Numbered from the stretch's first letter, positions 1 through 8,492 are shown. The stretch: 29,489 nt of DNA from Candidatus Colwellbacteria bacterium RIFCSPLOWO2_02_FULL_44_20b (GCA_001817765.1 MHIZ01000037.1:3952-33440), one strand, 5' to 3'. The notes: generated by a model from the sequence alone, not told the origin. Program-made: numbers and translations.

Positions 1-442
1 GAATGCTGAAGAATTGTGGCAGTACTTTCAAGACGTGATTGCATGGGCACGAAAAACTTTTACAAATTATCGCCGAGAAATGAATAGTGTGCAATGGGGT
101 GAGCTGTATAACAAGTTTAAAGATAAGAGACTGAACGCTGGCAAACTAGAAGCCGAAATCAAAGAATTAATGCAAGACGAAGATGTAACCAAAAAGTCAG
201 GCATTTATCCGTATGTTTTGACGAGGCAGGAAAAATACCTTTCGATCCGCGCCTTTACCGACAAAATGAAGCGTGAGGCTTACGAGCGACAAAATGGTAT
301 CTGTCCGTTCTGTAAGAAAAAGTACGATATTGCTGAAATGGAGGCAGATCACATTACTCCTTGGTACGAGGGTGGCAAGACGACTGCAGAAAATTGTCAG
401 ATGCTATGTAAGCAAGATAACCGAACAAAATCTGGAAAATAA
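1..442 (+). CDS. HNH endonuclease, C-terminal part (5' truncated by the window); resembles DUF262/GmrSD-HNH fusion proteins
   Basis: Frame open from position 2. C-terminal CPFC...EADHITPWYEGGKTTAENCQMLCKQDNRTKS is a Zn-binding HNH signature. Confidence 0.8.
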   Translation, partial: NAEELWQYFQDVIAWARKTFTNYRREMNSVQWGELYNKFKDKRLNAGKLEAEIKELMQDEDVTKKSGIYPYVLTRQEKYLSIRAFTDKMKREAYERQNGICPFCKKKYDIAEMEADHITPWYEGGKTTAENCQMLCKQDNRTKSGK

Positions 443-513
443 ATCGAAGTGCAAAATACTCTTACGATTTTTCAATGAAAGGGTGGGAAGTTTTTGAGAT
501 GAAATAAATCTAA

Positions 514-1344
514 ATGGCTTTGTCCATAAGAGCAACACCTCTCGACTTTGCAAAAGCATCTTTTCGTACACACCTTAATTACATCAAATGCTTAGAAAAA
601 TTATTTGCCAGTAGTACGCTTTCAGTATCTCGGACGGGCATATTTACAAAGCGAAACGTAGAAATTACACGATTTCGAAAACTCTATAAAGTCACCCTAA
701 AAAGTATCAAGAAAGATATTGAACTAGCACGAGAAGATTCAGCATTTGCAGTTATTGCGGCGCCATGGTTTCCAGTTAAGTGCTATTACGCACTTTATTA
801 TCTGGAGAGCATTTTGACACATTTGTTAGATGGGAGTGTGCAGGGATTTGGAAAAGGAGGTCATGCCGGAATAAGGAAGAAAATTTATTCACTTGTAGAT
901 ATGGGGTTTATAGTATTTTCTGTTGCAGAACTCAATCGTGTTTATGAACTTACACAGATACGCGCGTTGCCTGCTATAAACGTGGGACAAAATGCACGCT
1001 CTGATTATTGGCAGAAAACCGATTGCATAAATTCAGTTGCAAAGAAATTGATGGATTATAAATTGCACGATGTAAAAATTGGTCGTAAATGGAATTTGCG
1101 TACAAAGAAACATCGAGACGAGCAGAAATCGTTTGTTGGAGTAGAACGCCTAATGATTGCTGATTTTTTCTTTTGGTATCGTATTAAAGCAAATTATCGC
1201 GATCTGGACTATATAGATTTTGAAAATGGTATTACAGAGACCGAGGTGTTGGAGTATTTAGAAACTTATAACAAAGTTTTTGAATATTATCGGATACAAT
1301 TAATAAGGCAGATTACCAAATTAGAACCACCCGCTGTGGTATAA
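514..1344 (+). CDS. Hypothetical protein, probable HEPN-superfamily domain
   Basis: 276 aa ORF with KCYYALYY, GGH and YRIKANY (R-x4-Y) in the order typical of HEPN domains; directly downstream of the HNH gene. Confidence 0.5.
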   Translation: MALSIRATPLDFAKASFRTHLNYIKCLEKLFASSTLSVSRTGIFTKRNVEITRFRKLYKVTLKSIKKDIELAREDSAFAVIAAPWFPVKCYYALYYLESILTHLLDGSVQGFGKGGHAGIRKKIYSLVDMGFIVFSVAELNRVYELTQIRALPAINVGQNARSDYWQKTDCINSVAKKLMDYKLHDVKIGRKWNLRTKKHRDEQKSFVGVERLMIADFFFWYRIKANYRDLDYIDFENGITETEVLEYLETYNKVFEYYRIQLIRQITKLEPPAVV

Positions 1345-1345
1345 T
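1337..1345 (+). promoter_or_regulatory. Extended -10 promoter (TGgTATAAT), probably leaderless
   Basis: Perfect TGnTATAAT ending 7 nt before the ATG at 1353; overlaps the upstream stop codon. Confidence 0.65.
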
Positions 1346-1352
1346 AAAAATT

Positions 1353-1925
1353 ATGAATTTAAAAAATATCATCATTATTTTTCTTGCCGTGGCTATTGGG
1401 GGATGGGTTGCCTACAACTACTACACAAAGCCGGTGGAGGTTGTTGAAGAGCCAATTCAGAAGGTTGTTTTTAATCCCCTTAATGCCACGTATTCGATTG
1501 AGGGGGAGTTGATTACGCTTGAGAATGGCAGGGCAGAGCAGGAGAGCGAGCCGGGTTCGGCGATAAAAATTGAGACGACAGTTTTTGGAGAGCCGGCGAT
1601 GGGCGATCTTGATGGTGATGGGGCGCAGGACGCGGCTTTGATTCTTGTTTATAATCCAGGCGGGAGCGGAACATTTTATTATGTCGCAACAGCTCTTCAA
1701 AACTTAGAGAGCGGAGGGGCAACCGGAACGAACGCTGTACTTTTGGGAGATAGAATCGCACCGCAAAATATTTCGATTGAAAACGGCGTTGTGTTTGTAA
1801 ATTATGCCGATCGGGCGGCGGACGAGCCGATGAGCGCGCAACCGTCTATCGGAGTTTCGAAATGGCTTGCTGTAGAGAATGGCGTACTTTCTGAAGTAGA
1901 TCCGGCGGAGGAAGCAAATCAATAG
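1353..1925 (+). CDS. Membrane-anchored hypothetical protein
   Basis: N-terminal TM helix, acidic extracellular domain with GDLDGDG and GGSGTFYY motifs. Confidence 0.8.
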   Translation: MNLKNIIIIFLAVAIGGWVAYNYYTKPVEVVEEPIQKVVFNPLNATYSIEGELITLENGRAEQESEPGSAIKIETTVFGEPAMGDLDGDGAQDAALILVYNPGGSGTFYYVATALQNLESGGATGTNAVLLGDRIAPQNISIENGVVFVNYADRAADEPMSAQPSIGVSKWLAVENGVLSEVDPAEEANQ

Positions 1926-1964
1926 TGTTTCACTTTTTAGTGGACATTGGTTTAAACTGAAGGT

Positions 1965-2657
1965 ATGAAGAAACCTCTTTTAGTTATTATTCCGTTACTT
2001 ATCATTGTCGCGTTTTTTGTTCTTAAGGGGAGTTCGGAAGATAGTTGGGTTTGCTCTGATGGGAATTGGGTTAAGCACGGGAATCCAAGCGCGCCGATGC
2101 CGATGTTCGGTTGCGGAAGTGGTGAAGAAGCGATTGATGGCGAAACAATTACATTCGCGAAAGCGGGCGTTATTACTGTTAATAATCCGGGACTTGAGCT
2201 TGGGGTGCCGTATCTTGTTTATGAAGAACCTGGGAAGCCGGCGATTACTCAACAGCTTGTAATTAGTGAGATGAGTGTTTGTGTTTCGGGGACGGGCTCT
2301 TTGCCATGCGTTGCGATGAGCGTTTCGCCGGATGTTGCTTTTCACGGGAAACAGGCGGTTGTTGAAGGAATTATTGATGGCGACGTTGTCGCGGTTCGGG
2401 TTTTACGAATTTTCGGTGAAAACGATCTGCGTTTTGTGCCGGAGCCGGGCAGATTGTTTATTTCGTGGGCGGACGCGCAAACGCTGATTCGAAAATGTAA
2501 TGTTCGTCAGGTAAGTCAGGCACATTCGCTTGCAATTTATCTTGAACGGAAAGACGGCAAGGAATTTTATACAATTGAGCCGATGATTGATGATATTTTT
2601 GAGGTTGTTCAAGAAAATAGCGTAGCATGCGGGGATATTATTATGGCGACTGAGTAA
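1965..2657 (+). CDS. Membrane-anchored hypothetical protein with WxCxxGxWxKHGxP motif
   Basis: N-terminal TM helix, WVCSDGNWVKHGNP; TAAACT -10 box 6 nt upstream of the ATG. Confidence 0.75.
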   Translation: MKKPLLVIIPLLIIVAFFVLKGSSEDSWVCSDGNWVKHGNPSAPMPMFGCGSGEEAIDGETITFAKAGVITVNNPGLELGVPYLVYEEPGKPAITQQLVISEMSVCVSGTGSLPCVAMSVSPDVAFHGKQAVVEGIIDGDVVAVRVLRIFGENDLRFVPEPGRLFISWADAQTLIRKCNVRQVSQAHSLAIYLERKDGKEFYTIEPMIDDIFEVVQENSVACGDIIMATE

Positions 2658-2664
2658 TTCTTAT

Positions 2665-3180
2665 ATGAAGAAAAAAGTTAGTAACCAGAATAATTACGCT
2701 TTTATTGATAGTCAGAATCTCAACTTAAGCATTCGTGAATTAGGTTGGAAATTAGATTTTAAACGTTTTCGCACATATCTTACGGATAAGTATGGAGTTA
2801 CTAAAGCGTTCCTATTTATTGGATATATTGAGGGTAATAACGATCTTTACGCGTATCTCCAGGACGCGGGTTTTATTTGTATTTTTAAACCCACATTAAA
2901 ATATAAGGATGGTTCTACGAAGGGCAACTGTGATGCCGAGCTTGTTTTGCAAACAATGGTGGAATATACGGAGTATGATCGGGCGATTATTGTGACGGGA
3001 GACGGAGATTTTTATTGTCTCGTTAAATATCTTATAGAACAAAAAAAGCTCGAAGCTGTAATTGTGCCAAACAGGTTTAAATTTTCCGCTTTACTTAAGT
3101 TCAAGATTTGTAGGTCGTACTTGAGATTTATGAATGATTTTGAGAGGAAGTTAGCCTATAAAAAAGAAAAGACCCCATAA
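2665..3180 (+). CDS. NYN domain protein (LabA/DUF88, PIN-like RNase fold)
   Basis: FIDSQN, KGNCDAEL and TGDGDF carry the acidic active-site residues of the family. Confidence 0.9.
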   Translation: MKKKVSNQNNYAFIDSQNLNLSIRELGWKLDFKRFRTYLTDKYGVTKAFLFIGYIEGNNDLYAYLQDAGFICIFKPTLKYKDGSTKGNCDAELVLQTMVEYTEYDRAIIVTGDGDFYCLVKYLIEQKKLEAVIVPNRFKFSALLKFKICRSYLRFMNDFERKLAYKKEKTP

Positions 3181-3218
3181 GGACGAAACCTTAGGGGGCA
3201 CTCTTTTCCGTTGGTGAT
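3160..3218 (-). ncRNA. Candidate small RNA convergent with and overlapping the 3' end of NYN gene 1 (about 59 nt)
   Basis: Predicted AUCACCAACGGAAAAGAGUGCCCCCUAAGGUUUCGUCCUUAUGGGGUCUUUUCUUUUUU: long hairpin plus U6, directly after a sigma70-type promoter; paralogous copy at 5962-6018. Confidence 0.6.
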
Positions 3219-3224
3219 ATTATT

Positions 3225-3253
3225 ATGCTAGTCGCTTGGCGGGTAGGAGTCAA
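3225..3253 (-). promoter_or_regulatory. Antisense sigma70-type promoter TTGACT-N17-TAGCAT
   Basis: -35 at 3248-3253, 17 bp spacer, -10 at 3225-3230; same geometry at 6025-6053. Confidence 0.65.
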
Positions 3254-3425
3254 GATTGCTGTGAATTGTCGAATTGAGTAATAATTTGATCGATTACTTT
3301 ATGAACTATTAGTTTGGATTTACTAAACTATCTCTAGAGGTAGAGGCATTCAGATTAAGGATAAGAGCATGATAGGTTTTTGAGTAATACGCGCTGTACC
3401 CGGCTTTGTGGTAAACTAAAGGAGT

Positions 3426-4322
3426 ATGAAAAAAGCAATAATTTTACTTTTAGTCGTTATTGTCGGTGTTGGCGCGTACTTTTTGTTCCAGAGCTCGTCT
3501 GATATGGCGGACGTGGTTATTGATACAACCCCGTCGGGCGATGAGCAGACGGATGCAGTTAATACAGGGCAAGACGAGGGGGACGTGGTAGTTATCGGAA
3601 AATCGGTTGAAGGAAGGGATATTACTGCTTATCACTATGGTACTGGTGATAAAGAAATTTTGTTTGTCGGCGGTATTCACGGCGGGTACTCATGGAACAC
3701 AGCTCTTGTTGCTTATGAATTGATGGATTATTTAGAGGCGAACGCTGGTGCTATTCCTAGTAACGTTGAAGTAACCGTTATACCAGTATTAAATCCGGAT
3801 GGTCAGAATAAGACTCTTGGTACTGCCGGTCGTTTTACTAAAGTGGATGTGCCGTCCTCACAAGATAAGAAAATATCGGGACGTTTTAACGCGCACAACG
3901 TAGATCTTAATCGTAATTTTGATTGTGATTGGCAATCTACCGGGACATGGCAGAACACGACTGTAAGCGGTGGAAACGAAGCTTTTTCTGAACCTGAGAG
4001 TCAAGCATTTCGAGATTATGTCGTAACGCGTAAGCCAAGCGCGGTTGTTGTTTGGTATAGCGCCGCTGGTGGGGTGTTTTCTTCAAGTTGCGGCGCTGGC
4101 ATTCTTCCTGAAACTCGCACGATCACGAATACTTACGCGCAAGCATCCGGCTATCCGGCGTACGAAAGTTTTGATTTCTATAAAACTACCGGCGATATGC
4201 CAAATTGGCTTGCCAAAGAAAAGATTCCCGCGATCAGCGTTCTTCTTTCTACGCACGAAGATACCGAATGGAGCAAAAATAAGGCAGGTATAGAGGCACT
4301 TCTTCTTCACTACGCTCAGTAA
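3426..4322 (+). CDS. M14 zinc carboxypeptidase homologue (MpaA-like), predicted catalytically inactive, membrane anchored
   Basis: N-terminal TM; DLNRNF retained; HGGYS, WYS and ISVLL replace HGGYE, WHS and ITVEL of the adjacent paralogue. Confidence 0.85.
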   Translation: MKKAIILLLVVIVGVGAYFLFQSSSDMADVVIDTTPSGDEQTDAVNTGQDEGDVVVIGKSVEGRDITAYHYGTGDKEILFVGGIHGGYSWNTALVAYELMDYLEANAGAIPSNVEVTVIPVLNPDGQNKTLGTAGRFTKVDVPSSQDKKISGRFNAHNVDLNRNFDCDWQSTGTWQNTTVSGGNEAFSEPESQAFRDYVVTRKPSAVVVWYSAAGGVFSSSCGAGILPETRTITNTYAQASGYPAYESFDFYKTTGDMPNWLAKEKIPAISVLLSTHEDTEWSKNKAGIEALLLHYAQ

Positions 4323-5203
4323 TGCGATCATTTTTTACGAAGCGTGTTATTACGGTACTTCTTGTTAGTGTCGCGCTCGGTAGCGTTCTGCTTCTTTTTG
4401 TTTTATGGAATTCCGTTACGCCGGAATCAGCGGTGGTGGAACCCGGACTTGGTCCAGAACGTAGTGTCATTGGTTTGTCTGTAGAAGGACGTGAGATAGA
4501 AGCGTATACGTATGGGAATGGAAAAGAACACCTTGCGTTTATCGGCGGCATACACGGCGGTTATGAATGGAATAGCGTACTTCTCGCGTATACGTTTATG
4601 GATTATTTGGACGCGCATCCCGAGGTTATTTCTCAAAATCTAACTGTTACTGTGATCCCATCCGCCAATCCCGATGGGCTCTATAAAATAGTTGGTAAGG
4701 AAGGCCGTTTCACAGAGGCGCATGTGCCGGCTAATAAATCTGCAGTGCCTGGGCGATTGAACGCGCACGACGTTGATCTTAATCGCAACTTTGATTGCAA
4801 ATGGAAGTCGGAGGGTGTGTGGCGGGAAAATCCGGTAAGCGCCGGCTCGGCGCCATTTTTTGAGCCGGAAGCCGCGGCTATCCGAGATTTTGTTTTAGAA
4901 AATAATCCGGCTAGCGTTATTTTCTGGCATAGTCAGGCTAACGCGGTTTACGCGTCGGAGTGTGAGGAGGGTATTCTTCCGGAGACGCTTATGATTATGA
5001 ATGAGTACGCGCGCGCGTCAGGGTATTCAGCAGTTGAGTCATTCGGCCAGTACGAGGTTACGGGCGATGCCGAGGGATGGCTTGCTTCGATAGGTATTCC
5101 AGCAATTACCGTAGAACTTAAAACTCACGAAACTATTGAGTGGGAGGAGAACCTGGCCGGTATTAAGGCGCTTTTTGAATACTATGAAAGTAAAGTAGAA
5201 TAG
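4322..5203 (+). CDS. M14 zinc carboxypeptidase (MpaA-like), membrane anchored, intact active site
   Basis: IHGGYEWN, GRLNAHDVDLNRNF, FWHS, ITVEL; TAATG overlap with the upstream paralogue. Confidence 0.88.
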   Translation: MRSFFTKRVITVLLVSVALGSVLLLFVLWNSVTPESAVVEPGLGPERSVIGLSVEGREIEAYTYGNGKEHLAFIGGIHGGYEWNSVLLAYTFMDYLDAHPEVISQNLTVTVIPSANPDGLYKIVGKEGRFTEAHVPANKSAVPGRLNAHDVDLNRNFDCKWKSEGVWRENPVSAGSAPFFEPEAAAIRDFVLENNPASVIFWHSQANAVYASECEEGILPETLMIMNEYARASGYSAVESFGQYEVTGDAEGWLASIGIPAITVELKTHETIEWEENLAGIKALFEYYESKVE

Positions 5204-5204
5204 T

Positions 5205-5471
5205 ATGAACTATTGGTTCAAACCTAAACGGTTTTGGAAGTGGTTCGCGTTTTATTATCCTGTGAATTTAAAAGGGTGGATTGTTACGATTGTACTTTTT
5301 GTTTTCGCGGTACTTATCTTTTGTCGGATTGATAGCACGTCGCATTCAGTGAGTGATACGCTTTTTTCTTTCGCGCCGTGGATTATCGGACTGATGCTCA
5401 TTTACGACTTACTTTGTTTTCGGACAGGGGAGTATCCGAGCTGGTGGAGAAGAGATATAATGCGGAATTAG
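5205..5471 (+). CDS. Small two-TM membrane protein
   Basis: 88 aa, Trp/Phe-rich, two hydrophobic segments, closely coupled to both neighbours. Confidence 0.75.
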   Translation: MNYWFKPKRFWKWFAFYYPVNLKGWIVTIVLFVFAVLIFCRIDSTSHSVSDTLFSFAPWIIGLMLIYDLLCFRTGEYPSWWRRDIMRN

Positions 5472-5472
5472 T

Positions 5473-5963
5473 ATGGTTTCTGCAGAAAAGAACTTTGCGT
5501 ACATTGATGCCGCCAACCTTCATAAGGGGTTGAGAATCTAGGTTGGCTACTCGACTATAAGAGATTCCGTGTGTGGCTCAGGGACAAATACGGCGTTGAA
5601 AATACTTATCTTTTTATCGGTTTAGTGCCAGGTAATAAAGACTTATATACGCGTTTACAGGAAATGGGGTATGTCCTTGTCTATAAAGAAGTAACGTACG
5701 ACGGGGCGGGAAAAGTAAAGGGTAACCGCGATGCCGATCTCGTACTTAAAACAGTTGTCGACTACTACGAGAAACGTTTTAGCAAGGCGACTCTTGTTAC
5801 AAGCGATGGCGATTATGCTGGACTCGTCAAATTTCTGAGAGAAAGAGATTCTTTTCAATCTCTTATTTCTCCCAGCAATAAGTGTTCTTATCTCTTGAGA
5901 AAGCTTGATATTCCTATTGTCTACCTTGATACACAAAAAGATAAACTGAAAAAGCGATCCTAA
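5473..5963 (+). pseudogene. NYN domain protein interrupted by a single-base frameshift in a G4 run (5526-5529)
   Basis: ATG 5473 gives MVSAEKNFAYIDAANLHKG then TAG at 5539. Adding one G gives ...HKGVENLGWLLDYKRFRVWLRDKYG, collinear with NYN gene 1. DADL and SDGDY are intact. Confidence 0.85.
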
Positions 5964-6018
5964 AAAGAAAAAGCCCCCGGTGGGAACGAAATCCCATAAG
6001 GGTCTTTTCCATGGTGAT
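5962..6018 (-). ncRNA. Candidate small RNA convergent with NYN gene 2 (about 57 nt)
   Basis: Predicted AUCACCAUGGAAAAGACCCUUAUGGGAUUUCGUUCCCACCGGGGGCUUUUUCUUUUU; same 5' end and loop as copy 1, different but still pairing inner stem. Confidence 0.6.
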
Positions 6019-6024
6019 ACTAAT

Positions 6025-6053
6025 AGACTACTTAGATTCTAGCTATTAGTCAA
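6025..6053 (-). promoter_or_regulatory. Antisense sigma70-type promoter TTGACT-N17-TAGTCT
   Basis: -35 at 6048-6053, -10 at 6025-6030, 6 nt gap to ATCACC exactly as in copy 1. Confidence 0.65.
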
Positions 6054-6135
6054 GATAGATGTTTACAAGTAATAGGCCCTTGTGAACAAGGGAGTATCCA
6101 AGTTGGTGGAAGGAAAAGGAATATAACAACTAAAG

Positions 6136-6783
6136 ATGAAGATTCTTTCGAAGTCTAAGAGAGAGGTGTTGTTAATCATTGTATTTATCTTTGTGGTTAT
6201 TTTAAGTTATTTCATATTTTTTGAATTTCAGGCTCAGCCATTGGAAAACACCAAATCGAATGTTGATCCTTGGAACAACCAATCATCGGGGGTTGGACGT
6301 GAGATATATTCCGAAATATTTGATCCGTCTATCAAATTGGATTTGGAATCGGATAGATACACTGCAGTTTTTGAAAACATCCGAACAATGGTAAAGATAC
6401 CTGTTATATATCCTCAGACCTTGCCGAACGGATATGGATTATACGAAATAGAAGTTCATCGAGCAGAGGAAGCTAGTGATTTTCTTGGACAGACGTTTAT
6501 CAAATATCGAGAAAGTGAAAAAGAATTTGTATTGAGTGGAACCGCAAATTTGAGCGATCCTGAGGGTGGAGAAACGGTTGAGCTTGAAAATGGTTCTTTT
6601 ATCGGGATTTTTCAAAGATTTGAGAACGGGAAGGAAATTTATTCGTCAGCTTGGTTCGTCGATGAATCCGGGTCCGCTTATCAATATTATCGGTATCAGT
6701 ATTCTCTTTATACATCCGGATTGACGAGATTAGAATTTCTAGAGCTTGCTAATCTTGTTTTTGATAAAGCTAAAATTCAGTGA
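6136..6783 (+). CDS. Membrane-anchored hypothetical protein
   Basis: N-terminal TM; soluble domain with IPVIYPQTLPNGY motif. Confidence 0.75.
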   Translation: MKILSKSKREVLLIIVFIFVVILSYFIFFEFQAQPLENTKSNVDPWNNQSSGVGREIYSEIFDPSIKLDLESDRYTAVFENIRTMVKIPVIYPQTLPNGYGLYEIEVHRAEEASDFLGQTFIKYRESEKEFVLSGTANLSDPEGGETVELENGSFIGIFQRFENGKEIYSSAWFVDESGSAYQYYRYQYSLYTSGLTRLEFLELANLVFDKAKIQ

Positions 6784-6845
6784 GATTAAATTGTATTTCT
6801 TATCTCGCTTTAGACGATTTTTGTTTTGAGTTTGCAATTTTTTGT

Positions 6846-6874
6846 TTGACTTCTAGATACTATTATTGTAGTAT
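6846..6874 (+). promoter_or_regulatory. Sigma70-type promoter TTGACT-N17-TAGTAT for the sigma factor gene
   Basis: -35 at 6846-6851, -10 at 6869-6874. Confidence 0.65.
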
Positions 6875-6967
6875 ATGAGTCTCCGGTATCTATCGAATGA
6901 ATAAACGATTGATACTGTTTGCTCTTTTTCCCAATAGATTTTTACTGGCCTTTAACATTCTTTTTCT

Positions 6968-8023
6968 ATGTCACAGTTACAAGAGACGACAGCTCAACAT
7001 TGCGTTCTCGATATTGTTCTGGATTCTATGAGGAAACCTCAGTCCGATGATCTTTTTATTCGGCCAGACGAGGTGTTGCCCGGGAGGGTTATGCGACATA
7101 AGACTCCTCACGGTTGGGGAGTTCTTAGGAGAGAATTTTTCGATTGCACGACGATGTGTTTGCACGATTTTTCCCGTATTCCTCTTCTTACTCCTGAAGA
7201 AGAACCAGAGGTCGTACGAAGAGCTCAAGAGGGAGACAGAGAAGCGTGGGAGCGGATGATTTGCAGCAATTTGAGGCTTGTGATTTTTGTAGCGAAACGT
7301 TATATCCCTTATACATCTACTACCTGGTCTTTTCATCGCTTTTCGTATCTCGAATTTATTGATCTTGTTCAAGAGGGAGTTCTTGGACTCATTCGCGCGG
7401 TTGAAAAGTTTGATCCTGATCAAGGGTATAGATTTTCGACATATTCCTACTGGTGGGTGTGGCAGGCGGTTACTCGTGCCCTTAGCAATACCGGACGGGC
7501 GATCCGAATCCCGATTCATATGATTGAGGAGCTCTCGAGGTACAGCCGGACGCAACAGATGCTTACACAGGAACTCTGGCGTTCGCCACTTCCGCACGAG
7601 ATTGCCGCTGAGATGGGCATCTCGATCGAGAAAGTTTACGAACTTCAAGGGTTTTCTGATCTCAGGGAAGTTACGTCGTTTGAAACCTTGGCTGGCAGAA
7701 TTTTCGGATCAGAATCCGATGAGGACTTTGCGGATCGTCTGGGAGCTCTTAGAGATGAGCGGATGATTTCTCCTCAAGAGTTTGCGGAGCACGAGATGCT
7801 TGTCGATGAGCTTAAGGAACTCATCGAGCAGTTACCCGGCCGCGAATCGCAGATTGTTGTGATGCACTTTGGGTTGTTTGGCACCCCGCGTCATACGCTT
7901 GAGGAGATAGGACAGGATTTTGGTTTGACTCGCGAGCGAATACGACAGATTGAGGAGCGGGCTCTTGAGCGGCTTCAGACTATCCAAGGGTTTGATCGCT
8001 TGAAGGCGTATCTTCCGCTGTGA
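6968..8023 (+). CDS. Sigma70-family RNA polymerase sigma factor (RpoD/RpoS-like, divergent, no recognisable region 1.1)
   Basis: PLLTPEEE (1.2), NLRLVIFVAKRY (2.1), DLVQEGVLGLIRAVEKFDP (2.2), RFSTYSYWWVWQAVTRAL (2.3/2.4), TLEEIGQDFGLTRERIRQIE (4.2). Confidence 0.92.
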   Translation: MSQLQETTAQHCVLDIVLDSMRKPQSDDLFIRPDEVLPGRVMRHKTPHGWGVLRREFFDCTTMCLHDFSRIPLLTPEEEPEVVRRAQEGDREAWERMICSNLRLVIFVAKRYIPYTSTTWSFHRFSYLEFIDLVQEGVLGLIRAVEKFDPDQGYRFSTYSYWWVWQAVTRALSNTGRAIRIPIHMIEELSRYSRTQQMLTQELWRSPLPHEIAAEMGISIEKVYELQGFSDLREVTSFETLAGRIFGSESDEDFADRLGALRDERMISPQEFAEHEMLVDELKELIEQLPGRESQIVVMHFGLFGTPRHTLEEIGQDFGLTRERIRQIEERALERLQTIQGFDRLKAYLPL

Positions 8024-8042
8024 AGCTGTGACAGAAGTTTTG

Positions 8043-8078
8043 AGGACTCTCTTTAGAGGGAGTCCTTTTTGTTTTTTT
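8043..8078 (+). terminator. Intrinsic terminator
   Basis: AGGACTCTCT-TTAG-AGGGAGTCCT followed by a T-tract. Confidence 0.85.
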
Positions 8079-8168
8079 GAGGTTAGAGACTATTCGAACC
8101 AGTGGAGGAAGAAAAGGTATACTAAATAGAGATTAAGGATTTTTTAGGGAGTTGCGAGTTTAATCACT

Positions 8169-8492
8169 ATGGAAAAATTTACTGATTTCTTCGAGAGTGG
8201 GATGTATGCGTGCAAAAAGTGCGGGAATGTTTTGTTTCCGTCGGATGCGAAATTTAAATCTGGCACGGCATGGCCTAGTTTTCGGAAAGCATTACCCGGC
8301 GCGATTGCGATGAAGCCGGATCATTCTTTGGGAATGGAACGGACAGAAGTTGTATGCGCCAAATGTGAGGAACACTTGGGACATATCTTTCCTGATGGGA
8401 AATTGTGCGGGGATACTGACCCGAACGCGGGAGATCGATTTTGTATTTTGTCGGACTCTTTGGACTTTTCTCAGAAAGAGGAAAAGTCGTAA
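8169..8492 (+). CDS. msrB: Peptide-methionine (R)-S-oxide reductase
   Basis: CKKC, KFKSGTAWPSF, RTEVVCAKCEEHLGHIFPDG, RFCILS. Confidence 0.9.
   Translation: MEKFTDFFESGMYACKKCGNVLFPSDAKFKSGTAWPSFRKALPGAIAMKPDHSLGMERTEVVCAKCEEHLGHIFPDGKLCGDTDPNAGDRFCILSDSLDFSQKEEKS

Noticed and set aside
3173-3200. Hammerhead ribozyme suggested by GACGAAAC
   Set aside because: No CUGANGA core in a suitable position; the sequence is better explained as a hairpin loop (UUUCGU on the minus strand).
6875-6904. uORF MSLRYLSNE upstream of the sigma gene
   Set aside because: The ATG abuts the -10 box and would lie upstream of the TSS.
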